Virus record (IMG/VR): IMGVR_UViG_3300037311_000208
Coordinates: 1-36,750 of that record
Strand: one strand, 5' to 3'
Origin: a virus
Lineage: Duplodnaviria > Caudoviricetes
DNA: 36,750 nucleotides
Shown here: piece by piece, positions 35,801 through 36,750 of the stretch
Layout: each line of letters begins with the position of its first letter
Numbering within the stretch: position 1 is the first letter of the stretch
Translations under genes and position numbers: made by a program
Notes under the pieces: model-generated
What the model saw: the letters and a program-made list of their open reading frames with translations, nothing else
What the model was told of the DNA's origin: nothing
Databases searched by the model: none

Positions 35801-36579
35801 GCACGCTGTACACGCAGATCCGCATTGGCAACGACGGGCCCGATGCCAACAACCCCTGCTACAACAACCGCAGCCGCAACAACAAGGCTCGGGCCATCCG
35901 GTCCACCGATCCGGTGACGGGCCAGCAGGCCGTGTGGCTGGCCATCACGGGTGGTACCGACGACAGCTACCCCAACCCTGAGGTGGCCTCGGCTGTGTTC
36001 CGCTGCGTCGACGGCAACTTCGGCACCGCCTACTTCCGCGACACCAGCGGCAACACCAGCACCGACGACGTCGCCATCAATGACGGCGGCACGGCAGGTG
36101 CCGGCTTCCAGGGCTTCCAGCGCGTCACCAACCCCGAGAGCCTGGGCGACCTGTTCAGCGGCATCCGCAACTGCCGCTTCGTGTTCGGCGGCAAGGTGGA
36201 GGCCGCGGCCTACGCGTTCTTCAACGTGCGCAGCGTCGTCGGCACCAACTTCCGGCAGAACCTGGCGGGCGGGGCCGTCTTCTACCTGGACATCGGCATC
36301 GGCGGTGTCTACGGCATGAAGGACACCCTGGGCGAGAGCTTCGGCAAGCTCTGCGAGGTGACCGGCGCTGCGCCCTCGAACCTGCTGGTGTCACTGGTGG
36401 GCAACGACGTGCAGATGTCCGGCGCCGCCTCGAGCAACCCGATCCTGCGCAACGAGAGCAGCTCGGGCGCCAAGATCAAGGCGCGCAACAACACCACCCG
36501 CGGTGCCAACAGCTCGGTGACGGCCGGCGCCGGTGCCATCGACACCGCCGACAACGACTGGAACGGCACCACCGGCTGA
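32899..36579 (+). CDS. tail tip/central fibre (gpJ-like) fused to a C-terminal beta-helix tailspike-like domain
   Basis: IPVTYG...LRGRRVY...WTDNPSDCLADW is a J-like N-terminus; Pro-rich linker; then NVTTALQAAADKA and Asn/Gly-rich beta-helix-like sequence. Confidence 0.8.
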   Translation: MAVSSIISSGLTIPPAAAVNAGASVRGLSLAAANALIPVTYGLDRQPALLLNVLPKADDASKVLVQCLWGHALDAVDELQLNDRALPAGTSVTHYTGGQITPDPALVAAFAAQGITYTDTLNGYAFSVVALPTASFDGQLNVSARLRGRRVYSRRLDSTAGGSGPHRLADPGTWEWTDNPSDCLADWISNPLYGAGELVDWDSVPAAANANDALVGTPGEKRRMLGITLNRDGVSIGTLAESLRLYAGVWLVPSAAGMRLLPDAPDAPAVSYSHADGQVAALERLLLKDLGDAPTAVEVLYTDTEGTPWRERSVVVPLPGAGTTLPWRLSSIRLPGVQRYSQARREAIERLNKLNARSLECALEVFDGGIRHDVADIVEVSHPVGLAAKAMRVTDVQMPGPGRWLLQLREHDLASYSDEVLPAPGTNDTDRSIVDGPSSGVQGLGGSVNRGRITWRWEPCPDTGYGYTEVRATNANWGALSPAPLFRGAASQYQETVTVAGSYTRWVRHFGTRGNPSAAAVQATVTVAASDLVLTVVDTDVETLDGASYSSLAAAHTWTITPELDCKIDFLATVWAENLLAATVGPGNGVSWYVTAGAGAPLFLGGSFGNSSGRQQVLCSASVTAAGGVPLTFVLQADYVFGSPIKLWDSRMKAVQLRTAAEVPAPPPPAPAPPPPSPSGYYISDYLGSVVLTAGESGGNVTTALQAAADKAREKGYVLDLPPWHIHWASWLACNKIRGVPGKTKLVPLAPFDRTGSFGNQFFITNEHFSQVFTSSADEVLWEGFDLELTPVSGSSLMGLANVKSGLVRRLHLAALRNIVSGRPVAVDSLIDVYAAVKGLKGERLKLRNITGAYGLTKISEFGGSCFWIRNLSAAGANPDNVTEGVVFEDLDLEHATSDEAFAIYGVRGTTRNCHVRNYRLKAYSIDGVYRTTLASIFPLNDGSGAGLGATAAVYDNSISDGQIEDSGTLYTQIRIGNDGPDANNPCYNNRSRNNKARAIRSTDPVTGQQAVWLAITGGTDDSYPNPEVASAVFRCVDGNFGTAYFRDTSGNTSTDDVAINDGGTAGAGFQGFQRVTNPESLGDLFSGIRNCRFVFGGKVEAAAYAFFNVRSVVGTNFRQNLAGGAVFYLDIGIGGVYGMKDTLGESFGKLCEVTGAAPSNLLVSLVGNDVQMSGAASSNPILRNESSSGAKIKARNNTTRGANSSVTAGAGAIDTADNDWNGTTG

Positions 36580-36599
36580 CGGGATCACTGGAGATGGAC

Positions 36600-36750
36600 A
36601 TGAGCGACCCCACCACCACCACTAGCCTGGGCGTCGCCGCCCTCATCAAGGGCTATGGCCTCAAGGTGCTGGCCGGCATCCTGGGCGCCGCGATCATGTA
36701 CGCCGTGCTCTGGCCACGCACCGCGCGCGAGGGCGTGGCGCGCATGGCGC
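36600..36750 (+). CDS. probable holin/membrane protein (partial)
   Basis: MSDPTTTTSLGVAALIKGYGLKVLAGILGAAIMYAVLWPRTAREG...; GGAG RBS; transmembrane segment; follows the tail genes. Confidence 0.55.
   Translation, partial: MSDPTTTTSLGVAALIKGYGLKVLAGILGAAIMYAVLWPRTAREGVARMA

Noticed and set aside
35860-35890. AAC-rich stretch in the tail gene as a second TR or VR
   Set aside because: Just Asn codons (NNPCYNNRSRNN); no homology to the TR and no partner repeat seen.
36594-36602. Holin dual-start motif (Met-Asp-Met)
   Set aside because: The RBS abuts the first ATG and the intervening residue is acidic rather than Lys/Arg; weak support.
1-36750. tRNA/rRNA genes, integrase, att sites, IS elements
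   Set aside because: None recognisable in the window.

Overview
This is most of a GC-rich, lambdoid/HK97-like temperate siphophage (probably a prophage); the integrase, att sites and most lysis genes are not in the window. A Betaproteobacteria-like host is only an inference from GC content and gene style. The leftward early operon (6548 down to <1) carries small hypothetical genes, a diversity-generating retroelement (DGR) and a ParB-family gene. It is followed by a cI/cro immunity region with five recognisable operators, a CII-like gene, a primase/VapE-helicase fusion, a Q-like late regulator, an HNH nuclease and cos region, terS/terL, portal, protease and capsid. A 4.7 kb block of beta-rich putative appendage genes sits between the capsid and the neck genes, followed by the tail module and the start of a probable holin. 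The main result is a complete DGR (RT, Avd, template repeat TR at 2705-2796) that targets two tandem, small, apparently cytoplasmic C-type-lectin-fold (DUF1566-like) proteins in the early operon rather than a tail fibre. Each variable repeat (VR) differs from the TR at 8 positions, all of them TR adenines. The TR lies inside a reading frame continuous with RT, and avd, RT and parB are linked by ATGA overlaps. Family calls come from motif recognition by eye, not database searches.
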